Assembly: GCA_036687665.1 (NCBI GenBank) | Contig: JAYYZZ010000003.1 | Coordinates: 68,129 to 132,128, forward strand | Origin: Pseudomonadota bacterium | GTDB taxonomy: Bacteria; Pseudomonadota; Gammaproteobacteria; Poriferisulfidales; JAYYZZ01 | Direction: 5' to 3' | Length of the DNA stretch: 64,000 nt | Shown: piece by piece, positions 51,917-62,694 of the stretch | Position numbering within the stretch: position 1 is the stretch's first letter | Layout: every line of letters starts with the position of its first letter | The notes under the pieces: generated by a model | The model's database searches: none | The model's input: only the letters and a program-made list of their open reading frames with translations | Told to the model about the DNA's origin: nothing | Made by a program: the position numbers and the translations under genes

Positions 51917-54610
51917 ATGTTTTTATCAATGTTTAAAAAATTTTTTGGCAGCCGCAATGAGCGTTTATTAAAGCGTTATTCAGGTATTGTTTCTGAAATT
52001 AATAACTTAGAGCCAAAGTATTCAAGCCTCAGCGACGATTCATTAAAAGCACTAACATTAGAATTTAAAGATAGGTATCAGAAAGGAGAAACGCTAGAAG
52101 ATCTGTTGCCAGAAGCTTTTGCAGTAGTCAGAGAATCTGCTAAAAGGACACTAGATATGCGTCACTTTGATGTTCAATTAATTGGCGGCATAGTCCTTCA
52201 TGAAGGCAGGATTGCTGAAATGCGTACAGGTGAGGGTAAAACACTTGTCGCGACATTAGCAGCATACTTGAATGCCTTATCAGGAGACAGCGTACATATA
52301 ATCACTGTGAATGATTATTTAGCGACAAGAGATGCTGCCTGGATGGGAAAGATATACCAACATCTTGGGCTTGAAACAGGAGCCATTGTTTCAAACATGC
52401 AGTCAGAGAAAAAATTGTCTATATATCAAAAAGACATAGTATATGGAACAAATAATGAGTTCGGTTTTGATTATTTGCGTGACAATATGGCTTTCAGGCC
52501 AGAAGATAGATTCCAGAGAGACCTTGGTTTTGCAATAGTTGATGAGGTCGATTCCATCTTAATTGACGAGTCGCGCACACCGCTTATTATTTCTGGCCCT
52601 ACAGAGGAAAGTTCAGAGTTATATATTGCAATTAATAAACTTGTCTCAAAACTTAATGTACAAAAGGATGAAGATGGGCCAGGTGACTACAGCGTTGATG
52701 AAAAAACAAAACAAATACATTTGACTGAAGAAGGGCATCAGAGCGTTGAAGATTTATTAATAAACAGTGGTCTTATTGATTCTTCTGCAAGCCTTTATGA
52801 GGCTTCAAACATAAAGTTCCTGCATCATATTACTTCTGCATTGCGTGCCAATGTTTTATTCCAAAAAGATGTAGATTACATAGTCCAAGATGGGCAAATA
52901 ATTATTGTGGACGAGTTCACAGGGCGCACAATGCCCGGGAGACGTTGGGGTGATGGGTTGCATCAATCAATCGAAGCTAAAGAAAATGTGTCTATTGAAA
53001 ATGAAAATCAAACTCTAGCTTCCATAACATTCCAGAATTATTTTAGGCTATATAAAAAATTATCAGGTATGACGGGTACAGCAGACACTGAGGCTTATGA
53101 GTTCCAAGAAATTTATGGTCTTGAAGTTGCTGTTATTCCAACACACATGGAAATGATTCGTGATGATAAAGCAGACCTTGTTTATCTTACTATTAATGAA
53201 AAATTTAAAGCTATTGTCGAAGACATTAAAGAGTCTGTAAATAAAAGACAGCCAGTACTTGTAGGTACTGCATCGATAGAAGCATCCGAGCATTTATCAG
53301 CTTTATTGGAGAAATTAGGTATAGCTCATAGTGTTTTAAATGCAAAACATCATCAAAAAGAGTCAGAAATCATTTCAAACGCTGGCAGACCATCGACAGT
53401 AACAATTGCGACTAACATGGCTGGACGCGGTACTGATATTGTGTTGGGTGGGAATCTTGAGGCAGAGTTGTCTTCTCAAGAAGAAACTGAAGAGCAGGTA
53501 ATACAGAATATCAAAGATGACTGGCAAGAGAGGCACCAAAAAGTTGTAGATGCAGGTGGTTTACATGTCATAGGAACCGAGCGTCATGAATCTCGTAGAA
53601 TAGATAATCAATTAAGAGGTCGTTCTGGAAGACAGGGTGACCCTGGGAGTAGTCGGTTTTATGTGTCATTAGAAGATAACTTAATGCGTATATTTGCTTC
53701 AGAAAAGATGACATCATTAATGCAGAGAATAGGCATGGAGGAGGGAGACTCAATTGAGCATCCTTTAGTAACTAAAGCAATTAGTAATGCTCAACGTAAG
53801 GTTGAAGCACATAATTTTGATATAAGAAAACATTTGCTGGAATATGATGACGTTGCAAATGATCAGCGTAAGGTAGTGTACGAACAAAGAAAGGAAATTA
53901 TGGATGCTGATAATGTGCATGAGAATGTTACAAGCATGAAGGCGAGCGTCGTTGATATGATGATAAGTCAATATATCCCAGAAAATACTAACGCTCACGA
54001 ATGGGATATTGAGGGCTTGGAGAAAGACTTGGAAAGTAATTTTGGATTAAAAATTACTACAGGAGAGCTGCAAAAAATTGCAGAAAAAGATAACCCCGGC
54101 CTTCTTCAAAGCGTTATAGAACAGAATTTAGATGAGCTTTTTACCACAAAAGAAGAGGAAATCGGAAGTGAAAATATAAGGGGCATAGAAAAAGATCTAA
54201 TGCTGCAAGTATTAGATGCTCACTGGAAGGAACATTTGATTATGATGGAACATTTAAGGCAAGGGATTGGCTTGAGGAGTTACGCACAAAAGAACCCGAA
54301 ACAAGAATATAAAAAAGAGGCGTTCTCTTTGTTTCAAGAAATGCTAGATAGAATCAAACAAGATTTCGTAACTATTTTGGCAAAAATTGATTTATCTCCA
54401 AATGATATTAGCACTCAACCCGAAAAAGAACCAAGTGCGGAACTTGAGTACCATCATAAGGATGCTGAGGATACACTGCATCCTGATAAGACAGCAACCC
54501 AGCCTTCAGAAGAGAAAGCGCCGTATGTCAGAAAAAATAAAAAAATTGGCAGAAATGAGCCATGCTGGTGTGACTCAGGTAAGAAATACAAGCATTGTCA
54601 TGGCAAGTGA
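51917..54610 (+). CDS. secA: Preprotein translocase ATPase SecA
   Basis: 897 aa with the motifs MRTGEGKT and DEVDSILIDE and the C-terminal zinc site CWCDSGKKYKHCHG. Confidence 0.97.
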   Translation: MFLSMFKKFFGSRNERLLKRYSGIVSEINNLEPKYSSLSDDSLKALTLEFKDRYQKGETLEDLLPEAFAVVRESAKRTLDMRHFDVQLIGGIVLHEGRIAEMRTGEGKTLVATLAAYLNALSGDSVHIITVNDYLATRDAAWMGKIYQHLGLETGAIVSNMQSEKKLSIYQKDIVYGTNNEFGFDYLRDNMAFRPEDRFQRDLGFAIVDEVDSILIDESRTPLIISGPTEESSELYIAINKLVSKLNVQKDEDGPGDYSVDEKTKQIHLTEEGHQSVEDLLINSGLIDSSASLYEASNIKFLHHITSALRANVLFQKDVDYIVQDGQIIIVDEFTGRTMPGRRWGDGLHQSIEAKENVSIENENQTLASITFQNYFRLYKKLSGMTGTADTEAYEFQEIYGLEVAVIPTHMEMIRDDKADLVYLTINEKFKAIVEDIKESVNKRQPVLVGTASIEASEHLSALLEKLGIAHSVLNAKHHQKESEIISNAGRPSTVTIATNMAGRGTDIVLGGNLEAELSSQEETEEQVIQNIKDDWQERHQKVVDAGGLHVIGTERHESRRIDNQLRGRSGRQGDPGSSRFYVSLEDNLMRIFASEKMTSLMQRIGMEEGDSIEHPLVTKAISNAQRKVEAHNFDIRKHLLEYDDVANDQRKVVYEQRKEIMDADNVHENVTSMKASVVDMMISQYIPENTNAHEWDIEGLEKDLESNFGLKITTGELQKIAEKDNPGLLQSVIEQNLDELFTTKEEEIGSENIRGIEKDLMLQVLDAHWKEHLIMMEHLRQGIGLRSYAQKNPKQEYKKEAFSLFQEMLDRIKQDFVTILAKIDLSPNDISTQPEKEPSAELEYHHKDAEDTLHPDKTATQPSEEKAPYVRKNKKIGRNEPCWCDSGKKYKHCHGK

Positions 54611-54675
54611 CCATGATATAAGATTCTGTTAAGTGTGTTTAAAAAAGGTTTAATCCATGTTTCTAGTTCTAGATT

Positions 54676-55863
54676 ATGAAAAAGTTACTAAGCATTAAAG
54701 GCGTCAAGCTTGCAGCCTGTGCTTCAGGTATTAAACAGTCAAATAAAAAAGACTTAGCTATTATAGAGCTACCACCTAAAAGTCATGTGTCTGCTGCTTT
54801 TACTCAAAATACTGCTTGTGCGGCACCTGTAGAAGTAGCTCGTTCACATCACTCCAATGCGCCTGCGCGTTTGCTGATTATAAATTCTGGCAATGCAAAT
54901 GCTGGGACAGGAAGACAAGGTATGGAAGATGCAATTTCTTACTGTAAAAAGGCGTCAGAATTATTTGCGTTCAAAATCGAACAAGTTTTGCCCTTTTCAA
55001 CTGGAGTAATAGGTGAAATTTTACCGGTTGAGCGTTTATCTAATAGCTTTAAGCAACTTAAAGATAATTTGCATGAAGATAATTGGGAAAGTGTTGCAGA
55101 GGCAATAATGACCACAGATACCAAACCAAAAGGTATTTCCAAGAAAATAACACTCAATGGAGGCGAGAGCATTACTATCACTGGTATCGCTAAGGGGGCC
55201 GGCATGATTCAGCCAAATATGGCGACAATGTTAGCTTTTATAGCAACAGATATTTCTGTAGATCAAGATGATTTAGATAAACTTTTAAAAATAAATATTG
55301 ATGAGTCTTTCAATTGTATTACCGTAGATGGAGAAACATCTACAAATGATGCATGCGTATTAATGTCTACCTCTGCATCTAGCCATAAGTTTTCTGACTT
55401 AGATAAAAAAGATAAAGAAAATTTTTGTTCTTTATTAAGAGAAGTTTTTATTTATCTTGCACAGTCTATTGTGCGTGATGGCGAAGGCGCAACAAAGTTT
55501 ATTACAGTTGAAGTTCTGGGAGCACAAAGTAAAGAGCAGGCAGACACCGTTGCCTATTCGATAGCAAATTCTCCATTAGTGAAAACAGCTTTTTTTGCTC
55601 AAGATCCTAACTGGGGAAGGATTTTATCCGCCGCAGGCAAAAATCAATATGATATGGGGTCTTTGAAAATATACATCTGTGACATGTGTGTTTATGATTC
55701 ATTAGGATCTCAGACTTATGACGAAAGCGCTCTCCAAAAATTAATGCTCAAGACAGATATAATGATTAGACTTGATTTAGGTTGCGGTAAAAATAATTCG
55801 AGAATATGGACAACGGATCTTTCTTATGATTACATCAAAATAAATGCAGAATATCGTAACTAA
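54676..55863 (+). CDS. argJ: Bifunctional ornithine acetyltransferase/N-acetylglutamate synthase
   Basis: Motif TTDT and the autoprocessing-site region PNMATMLAFIATD. Confidence 0.9.
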   Translation: MKKLLSIKGVKLAACASGIKQSNKKDLAIIELPPKSHVSAAFTQNTACAAPVEVARSHHSNAPARLLIINSGNANAGTGRQGMEDAISYCKKASELFAFKIEQVLPFSTGVIGEILPVERLSNSFKQLKDNLHEDNWESVAEAIMTTDTKPKGISKKITLNGGESITITGIAKGAGMIQPNMATMLAFIATDISVDQDDLDKLLKINIDESFNCITVDGETSTNDACVLMSTSASSHKFSDLDKKDKENFCSLLREVFIYLAQSIVRDGEGATKFITVEVLGAQSKEQADTVAYSIANSPLVKTAFFAQDPNWGRILSAAGKNQYDMGSLKIYICDMCVYDSLGSQTYDESALQKLMLKTDIMIRLDLGCGKNNSRIWTTDLSYDYIKINAEYRN

Positions 55864-56425
55864 GAGTCTTCCAGAAAAATATTTAATAACACCTGATCCA
55901 TATAATTATGGGGATTCATTTCTTTTGCAATTGGAAAAAAATGTTGAATCATATTATAAGTTCGTTTTACTAAGATCGAAGCATTTGAATCAATTAGAAT
56001 ACATATCATTATGTAAAGTTGTTATTAAAATATGCCACAAATACAATTCTCTAATATTATTAAACCAGATGCCTGAAACAGTCACAGAATTAGGGGCTGA
56101 TGGGATACACTTGAGTGCAAAAGATATGTTTTTATATAACACTAGAGCCTTGCCCGACAATCTTCTCGTCGGCGCTTCATGTCACTCTCAAGCAGAAATC
56201 TCTCAAGCAGAAAAAATATCTGCTGATTTTTCCGTATTATCTCCTATTCAATCTTCCACAAAAGGTGGTCACAGAGAAGTAATGGGATGGAAGGGCTTAT
56301 CTGAGCATTGCAGTAAAACGAAAATACCTATATATGCTCTTGGCGGGGTATCTTGTGATGATCTTGCTTTAGCAAAAAAAAATGGAGCTTATGGGGTTTC
56401 AGGTATTAGTAAGTTCTGGAAGTGA
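55844..56425 (+). CDS. Thiamine-phosphate synthase family protein (ThiE/TenI-like)
   Basis: TMP-TENI pattern: LRSKHL, ADGIHLS, GASCHS, ADF.VLSPI and IPIYALGG. It corresponds to the C-terminal half of the Pseudomonas MutT-ThiE fusion gene found after argJ. Confidence 0.7.
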   Translation: MQNIVTKSLPEKYLITPDPYNYGDSFLLQLEKNVESYYKFVLLRSKHLNQLEYISLCKVVIKICHKYNSLILLNQMPETVTELGADGIHLSAKDMFLYNTRALPDNLLVGASCHSQAEISQAEKISADFSVLSPIQSSTKGGHREVMGWKGLSEHCSKTKIPIYALGGVSCDDLALAKKNGAYGVSGISKFWK

Positions 56426-56440
56426 TATAGTTTTTAAAAG

Positions 56441-57223
56441 TTAAAAAGTACCAACTGAAAGCTCAAAATCTATTGTGTCCTTAATCTGTTTTGATTTCTT
56501 TTCAAGCATTTCGTAGGAACAAAAATTGATAAAAAACTTTTGTCTCGATGCACTGATCTCTGGAAAAACTTTTTTTGCGTTTGGTAATCTTATTCGGATC
56601 ATCTGGTAAACATAGTCAGAAGTAAGTTTTTGCTCGTAATAACCACTTTCTGCTTCTTTATTCTCAAAGTCTGAGCTTTCTCTTATCAGAATAAGGATAT
56701 CGTTTGTTGCTTCTTTAACAGGGATGAAAGGTTTGAACCACTCCTCAATCATTCCGGTTTGATTGATCCGCGGGTTATTAAGCCAACTATTATAAGCTGG
56801 GATATCAAAATTAGACTGCCCACCAGGCAGTGCTTCGCGTAGTTTTATAGAATTTAAAAGATCATGATTGCGTAAATGTGTTTTTAATTTATTTTCTAGA
56901 GCATTTATCTTTTCAAGGTGTGTATTGTGTGATTCTATAATAGAGTTTAGCTTGTCATTGTTTATTTCTGAAACTTTACTTATAGATTGTAAATGTCTTA
57001 GTTGTCTTTCTAGTTCTTTTAATAATTCATTTTTTATATTTTTACGCGAAAAAAGTTCTAATATTTCTAGCAATGTGTCTATAGAACAGCGAACACCCCA
57101 TTGATCTTCATTCTCTTTAAAAAAATAAAATTGATTCATCAGGTGTTCTACTCTTAGCAAGGTTCTAATTCGCTCATTTAGTGGTGTTTCATATATTATT
57201 TTTGAGCTTATATTTTTACTCAT
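56441..57223 (-). CDS. zapD: Cell division protein ZapD
   Basis: 260 aa opening YETPLNERIRTLLRVEHL. Lies immediately downstream of coaE, as in E. coli (yacF). Confidence 0.8.
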   Translation of the reverse strand: MSKNISSKIIYETPLNERIRTLLRVEHLMNQFYFFKENEDQWGVRCSIDTLLEILELFSRKNIKNELLKELERQLRHLQSISKVSEINNDKLNSIIESHNTHLEKINALENKLKTHLRNHDLLNSIKLREALPGGQSNFDIPAYNSWLNNPRINQTGMIEEWFKPFIPVKEATNDILILIRESSDFENKEAESGYYEQKLTSDYVYQMIRIRLPNAKKVFPEISASRQKFFINFCSYEMLEKKSKQIKDTIDFELSVGTF

Positions 57224-57229
57224 AATGAT

Positions 57230-57826
57230 TTATTCACTTGAAAGTATTTTATTTATCTTTTCAGTTTCTCTATTCAAAAATTCGATAGAGTCATTATTCT
57301 CAATCACATGATCAGAAAATTTAATTCTATCTTTCCTGTTAGCTTGGCTGCTTATGATTTTTTTTACGTCACTTGCAGTGCAATTATCGCGGTTAATAAC
57401 TCTCTGTATTTGATATTTTTCTTTACATTCGACCGTTATGATTTTGTCAAATTCTGCCTGTAAATTAGCTTCTATCAGAAGAGGCACAACAGCAACAGCA
57501 GATTTTTGATTTAATTGCTTTTGTTCTTTAAACCATAGCCTGATTTCTTTCATTATTTTTGGATGCAGTATTGATTCAACTGTTTTTCTTGAATCTTCAT
57601 TAGTAAATATTTCTTGTCTTAATTTTTCTCGATTGATTTCGCCAGAGTCAGACAAAATATCATGTCCAAATCGTTCTTTTATCTCCTCGAAAGCTATTTT
57701 TCCAGGCATTGTTAAGTTTTTTGCTAAATTATCAGCCTCTATGACAGGAATTTGCATTCCCCTAAATAACTTAGCAACTAAGGATTTTCCTGACCCGATG
57801 CCTCCAGTAAGACCTACACGTAACAT
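57230..57826 (-). CDS. coaE: Dephospho-CoA kinase
   Basis: P-loop GLTGGIGSGKS, 198 aa. Confidence 0.9.
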   Translation of the reverse strand: MLRVGLTGGIGSGKSLVAKLFRGMQIPVIEADNLAKNLTMPGKIAFEEIKERFGHDILSDSGEINREKLRQEIFTNEDSRKTVESILHPKIMKEIRLWFKEQKQLNQKSAVAVVPLLIEANLQAEFDKIITVECKEKYQIQRVINRDNCTASDVKKIISSQANRKDRIKFSDHVIENNDSIEFLNRETEKINKILSSE

Positions 57827-57880
57827 TATTTTTCTATATCTCCTGTACTTCTACTTCAGCTAATAGTAATTTAATGAATC

Positions 57881-59536
57881 ATGAGCAAATCACAAAATAT
57901 ACAATTAGTTCAGTTTAACCCACAAGTGGGTCATATTCATGAGAATTCTCAACGCATTTTAGAGATTATCAATGCTAATAAAATGAAAGATCCTGTCCTT
58001 TGGGTGTTTCCTGAACTTTGTATTACTGGGTATCCACCAGAAGACTTGTTGATGAGAGATGATTTTTTGTTATCTGTAGAGAACTCAGTTCAAGATATCG
58101 CATCTAATATTGATAAAGATTATGTTGTATTGGGGACGCCTATTAGGTCAGAGGAAAAAATATATAATTCTGCCGTTGTTTTACATAATAGAAGTATTCT
58201 AACCAAGTATCACAAGCAAATTTTACCTAACTATGATGTTTTTGATGAGAAGCGATATTTTTCTAGTGGGACAGAGCCCTGTGTTTTTACAATAAATGAT
58301 ATAAATTTTGGATTAACTATTTGCGAAGATATTTGGCAAACTGAGCCAGCACAAGAAGCTTGCGATGCAGGAGCAAACATAATAATAAATATTAACGCCT
58401 CTCCTTATGATATAGCAAAATATGATCTCAGGCGTAATGTAGCCGGGAATAGGGTATCGGAAACAAATTTACCTATAATTTACATCAATCAGGTCGGCGG
58501 GCAGGATGAGCTGGTATTTGATGGATCATCTTTTGTGCTCGATTCTAAGAATAAACTAGTAACAGCAATGCCGTCATTTGAAGAAGCAATTGAAAATGTA
58601 CAGTTTTCAAAAGATTCTGGGTTCGCTGAATACAAAAACAAAAAATATCCTGAATCTACGGAGAAGCAATTATACGAAGCGCTTATTTGTGGCACACGTG
58701 ATTATGTTGTCAAAAATGGATTTTCAAAAGCTATTATAGGGTTATCTGGAGGAATTGATTCAGCACTAACTTTGTTGATAGCCGTGGATGCACTAGGGGC
58801 AAAAAACGTTACAGCTGTCATGATGCCATCCAAATACACATCTAATGTAAGCAAAGAAGATGCAGAGAAGCTAGCCAAGCGGCTTAATGTAAGTTACGAA
58901 GTGGTGCCAATTGAAAACATTAATAAAGAGTATCTTTCATCACTGGGTCAGCATTTTGCAAATTTGCCGACAGACATAACCGAAGAAAATATACAAGCAA
59001 GAATTAGAGGCTCACTACTCATGGCATTTTCTAATAAGTTCGGCAGCATGTTATTAGCAACAGGCAATAAGAGTGAATATGCAGTGGGTTACGCTACGCT
59101 CTATGGCGATATGGCTGGTGCATTTGCACCACTGAAAGATGTTTACAAAACAGATGTGTATCGTTTAGCAAAGTATAGAAATTCCATAAGCGATATTATT
59201 CCTCAGAGAACTATCGAACGAGAACCTACAGCAGAGTTGTCTTTTGACCAAAAAGATACTGATGCTTTGCCTACTTACAGTGAGCTAGATGCTATATTAA
59301 AAAGGTTTATTGAGGAGGATGCCTCGATTCAGACAATTATTTCGGATGGATACTCAGAGGATATTGTACGTCATATTACAAGCTTGGTTTTAAGTAACGA
59401 ACACAAGCGTAGGCAATCACCACCAGGAATCAAAATAAGCGAGCGAGCGTTCGGAAAAGACCGCCGCTATCCTATTACATCAAAGTTCAAGGGTTCTGAT
59501 CCTAATTCAGAAGAGAATCAATCGCATCCTGAGTAA
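57881..59536 (+). CDS. nadE: Glutamine-dependent NAD+ synthetase
   Basis: N-terminal CN-hydrolase domain (FPEL, ICED) plus a PP-loop SGGIDS synthetase domain. Confidence 0.9.
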   Translation: MSKSQNIQLVQFNPQVGHIHENSQRILEIINANKMKDPVLWVFPELCITGYPPEDLLMRDDFLLSVENSVQDIASNIDKDYVVLGTPIRSEEKIYNSAVVLHNRSILTKYHKQILPNYDVFDEKRYFSSGTEPCVFTINDINFGLTICEDIWQTEPAQEACDAGANIIININASPYDIAKYDLRRNVAGNRVSETNLPIIYINQVGGQDELVFDGSSFVLDSKNKLVTAMPSFEEAIENVQFSKDSGFAEYKNKKYPESTEKQLYEALICGTRDYVVKNGFSKAIIGLSGGIDSALTLLIAVDALGAKNVTAVMMPSKYTSNVSKEDAEKLAKRLNVSYEVVPIENINKEYLSSLGQHFANLPTDITEENIQARIRGSLLMAFSNKFGSMLLATGNKSEYAVGYATLYGDMAGAFAPLKDVYKTDVYRLAKYRNSISDIIPQRTIEREPTAELSFDQKDTDALPTYSELDAILKRFIEEDASIQTIISDGYSEDIVRHITSLVLSNEHKRRQSPPGIKISERAFGKDRRYPITSKFKGSDPNSEENQSHPE

Positions 59537-60851
59537 TCGCATCTATTTCGCTATCTGTATTTTCAGTTGTTAGATCTTCTATATTCGTAGATAGGTCTTC
59601 GGTATTTTCTGCTGTCATGGTTTCATCATCACCGCTAGCTTCCCCAGTTAGGTCTCTAATATCAATATTCATGCTGTCATTAGCATCATTCTCAGGAGTT
59701 TTACTTAAAAGATCTTCTTCTGGTTCTAGAAGTCTAATTTCTTTGAGAGAAGTATTAATGTTTGTGGAGCTAGGTTTAATTTCTGGATATTTAGGTGATG
59801 GCTTTGTCCAGTCGTAGAGGGCTGAAAAAAAAGATTTTTTCTTTTTTTTCCTTTCTCTTGGTGGTCCTGCATCAGGATTTTTTTTGCTTACAATGATCTT
59901 TTGCGTATTTTTATCTAAAATTATTGCTTCTTCGAATGATTCCACTTCAATTTGCTTCATGCCTGCTTTCCAGTCACCCATAGGAACTGGTCTAATTTCT
60001 AGTATAACGGAGGCTAGGTTGTCCGCCAATTCTGCTAACGCTGTACTTTTTTTCTTGAAGTACCCAGGCGTATCTTCTTTTAATTTTTCTTCTTCATGGC
60101 CTGGAAAGTTCTCTTCAAAGACTCGCCTCGTATCTTTTGCTAGATCTACCATATCCATTTTTATGTAGGCATCTTCCATCAAAAGTAACGCGTCTGCTAC
60201 TGCAGGAGCACCTTTATAATTTTCAATTGCATATTTGCACCTATTCGCAGCCGCTACATACGCATTACGCCGCAAATAAAAGCCTGCAACATGTAGCTCA
60301 TATTCAGCCATTGCATTTCTCAAAAAGACCATTCTTTTTCTTGCATCTTTAGTATAAATACTTCCTGGGTAAGTTTTAATCAAATAACTATAATCATTGA
60401 AGGCAATTCTTAATGGCGTCGGGTCTTTGTCTGAAACCTCTCTTGGTAATACCATATTCAAAAAAGTTTTACCTTTATAAAAGTTTATAGTGCCACGTAA
60501 ATAGTAAGCGTATGGCATATTCTTATGTACAGGATTTTGTCTTATAAATCTATCTAGTACACCGAGTGCTTCATCAGGTTGATTATCCATGTAATATGCG
60601 TAAGCAAGCTCCAGCTGCCCTTGTTGAGTGTATATTTCAAATGGGTATCGTGCTTCTAAAGCCTTGAGCTCTTTTATAGCTTCAGTCATGTCTCCCCCTC
60701 TTATTAAGTTTCGGCCAGCTGCATACATTTGCTCAGGGGGGCGAGTAGTATCTGTTGCTACATGTTCTTGAAAAAAACCGCATCCAGGGAGAGTTTGAGA
60801 GCACAAACCTACTAAAATGCATTGCACAATTCTGTATCTGTAATTTTTCAT
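59502..60851 (-). CDS. bamD: Outer membrane assembly lipoprotein BamD with a long acidic C-terminal extension
   Basis: Lipobox-like LPGC and a TPR-like BamD core of about 255 aa, followed by about 190 aa of low-complexity K-rich then D/E/T/N-rich tail. Divergent from rluD, as in E. coli. Confidence 0.85.
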   Translation of the reverse strand: MKNYRYRIVQCILVGLCSQTLPGCGFFQEHVATDTTRPPEQMYAAGRNLIRGGDMTEAIKELKALEARYPFEIYTQQGQLELAYAYYMDNQPDEALGVLDRFIRQNPVHKNMPYAYYLRGTINFYKGKTFLNMVLPREVSDKDPTPLRIAFNDYSYLIKTYPGSIYTKDARKRMVFLRNAMAEYELHVAGFYLRRNAYVAAANRCKYAIENYKGAPAVADALLLMEDAYIKMDMVDLAKDTRRVFEENFPGHEEEKLKEDTPGYFKKKSTALAELADNLASVILEIRPVPMGDWKAGMKQIEVESFEEAIILDKNTQKIIVSKKNPDAGPPRERKKKKKSFFSALYDWTKPSPKYPEIKPSSTNINTSLKEIRLLEPEEDLLSKTPENDANDSMNIDIRDLTGEASGDDETMTAENTEDLSTNIEDLTTENTDSEIDAITQDAIDSLLN

Positions 60852-60909
60852 ATATGCAAGTATATAACTAAGAACACACAGAGTGTCAGGATTTTAGTAA
60901 TATTAGATT

Positions 60910-61887
60910 ATGGCGAATAAATTAAGCAATAACCAGCATCAAAAAAGCTTTGAATGCTATCTTCCTGAGTTATCATCTGGCAGTAGAATAGATATTGTTC
61001 TCACAGAGTTGCTGAAAGATTTTTCTCGTTCAACAATACAAAAATGGATTACTTCTGGGAATATAACAGTTGACGGCGAGACACCACGTAGCCGCGATAT
61101 TGTTTATGGCGGAGAACATGTATTTGTATTTTTTAAAGAAGACATAGAAACAGAATATTCCCCTGAGGATCTTCCTCTAAATATTGTTTATGAAGATGAG
61201 CATGTCCTTGTTTTAAATAAACCAGATGGGTTTGTAATGCACCCGGGTGCAGGGAATCAAAATGGTACACTACTGAATGGTTTGCTATTTCATTTTCCAG
61301 ATTTAAAGATGTTGCCTAGAGCAGGCATAGTTCATAGGTTAGATAAAGATACATCAGGTTTGGTAGTTGTGGCTAAAACAAGTAGCGCGAGAAAAAATTT
61401 AGTCGAGCAGTTGCAAGAGCATAAAATAAAGAGAGAATACGTGGCGCTTATTTGGGGAGACCTCTTGTCAGGAGGAACGATTGATTTTCCAATAAGCAGA
61501 CACAAGGTGAACCGCAAAAAAATGTCTATACAGGCGCAGGGTAAGCCGGCTATAACACACTATTCCATCAATAAAAGATACCGTACTTGTACTTTATTAA
61601 ACGTTAAGCTTGAAACAGGGCGTACACACCAAATTAGAGTACATATGCTTCACAATGAGACGCCGATAGTTGGAGATAGAGTTTATAAGAGAAAGCAAAA
61701 AATCATAAAACATTACAATAATGACATTATCAAGCAACTTACAGGGTTCCATAGGCAGGCACTACATGCTAAAAAGATCAGTTTTCAGCATCCTAAAAAA
61801 TTAGACTTTATGACATTTGAGTCACGGCTACCCGATGATTTCCAAACATTACTACAATTATTGAACTCTGGCAGCCTTGAAAAATGA
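60910..61887 (+). CDS. rluD: 23S rRNA pseudouridine synthase RluD
   Basis: S4 domain plus the catalytic motif HRLDKDTSGL. Confidence 0.9.
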   Translation: MANKLSNNQHQKSFECYLPELSSGSRIDIVLTELLKDFSRSTIQKWITSGNITVDGETPRSRDIVYGGEHVFVFFKEDIETEYSPEDLPLNIVYEDEHVLVLNKPDGFVMHPGAGNQNGTLLNGLLFHFPDLKMLPRAGIVHRLDKDTSGLVVVAKTSSARKNLVEQLQEHKIKREYVALIWGDLLSGGTIDFPISRHKVNRKKMSIQAQGKPAITHYSINKRYRTCTLLNVKLETGRTHQIRVHMLHNETPIVGDRVYKRKQKIIKHYNNDIIKQLTGFHRQALHAKKISFQHPKKLDFMTFESRLPDDFQTLLQLLNSGSLEK

Positions 61888-62627
61888 ATCTCTCTGAACC
61901 CATGTGTATTACTCCCGAATGGGACGCTCCAACTAATGTCAAAGCTTGTTGCACAACAAGATTGGGTGGTGTTAGCACCCAACCATTCGATTGTATGAAC
62001 CTCTCATCTAATGTTGGAGATGATTACAATAATGTAAAAGAGAATAGAGACAGAATAAGTAATTACTTGGGTTTGCCGGGTGAACCATTTTGGTTACAGC
62101 AGGTGCATGGTTGTGATATAGCAGATACAAGCGGCGGAGAACCTAATATTCGCGCTGATGCCTCATTTTCAAATAAAGCTAACAATATTTGCACAGTTTT
62201 GACGGCAGATTGTTTGCCAGTTTTATTTTCTCATTGCACAGGCAAGCAGGTAGCTATTGCTCATGGAGGGTGGAGAGGTATTTATGCCGGGATTATAGAG
62301 AAAACAGCTGAACGTTTTAGAGTGCCAGGTTCAGAACTAAGTGCTTGGTTAGGCCCAGGCATCAGCCGTCAACACTATGTTGTTGGGAATGCCTTGATGA
62401 GTAAATTCTTAGATAAATTTCCTGAATCTGAATCCGCGTTTACAGAGAAGGGTGACAATTTGGTTTATTTGGATCTATATAAACTTGCAGAACAAAGATT
62501 GCAGTCTGCTGGTGTACAAAAAATATTTAGGACATCGCATTGTACATACTCACGTGATGACTTATTTTTCTCATATAGACGAAGCCATCAAACGGGGCGT
62601 ATGGCAAGTTTTATCTGGTTTGAATAA
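61884..62627 (+). CDS. pgeF: Peptidoglycan editing factor PgeF (YfiH/DUF152)
   Basis: Motifs QVHG, TADCLPV and AHGGWRG. Follows rluD, as in E. coli. Confidence 0.85.
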   Translation: MNLSEPMCITPEWDAPTNVKACCTTRLGGVSTQPFDCMNLSSNVGDDYNNVKENRDRISNYLGLPGEPFWLQQVHGCDIADTSGGEPNIRADASFSNKANNICTVLTADCLPVLFSHCTGKQVAIAHGGWRGIYAGIIEKTAERFRVPGSELSAWLGPGISRQHYVVGNALMSKFLDKFPESESAFTEKGDNLVYLDLYKLAEQRLQSAGVQKIFRTSHCTYSRDDLFFSYRRSHQTGRMASFIWFE

Positions 62628-62644
62628 AGCATTGATCAAAGAAA

Positions 62645-62667
62645 AAGGGCGGTGAATCACCGCCCTT
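62645..62667. terminator. Bidirectional rho-independent terminator
   Basis: AAGGGCGGTG-aat-CACCGCCCTT forms a perfect 10-bp stem. It is flanked by an A-run upstream and ATTTCTTT downstream, between two convergent genes. Confidence 0.75.
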
Positions 62668-62694
62668 ATTTCTTTATGACTTTACAAGATCGAC

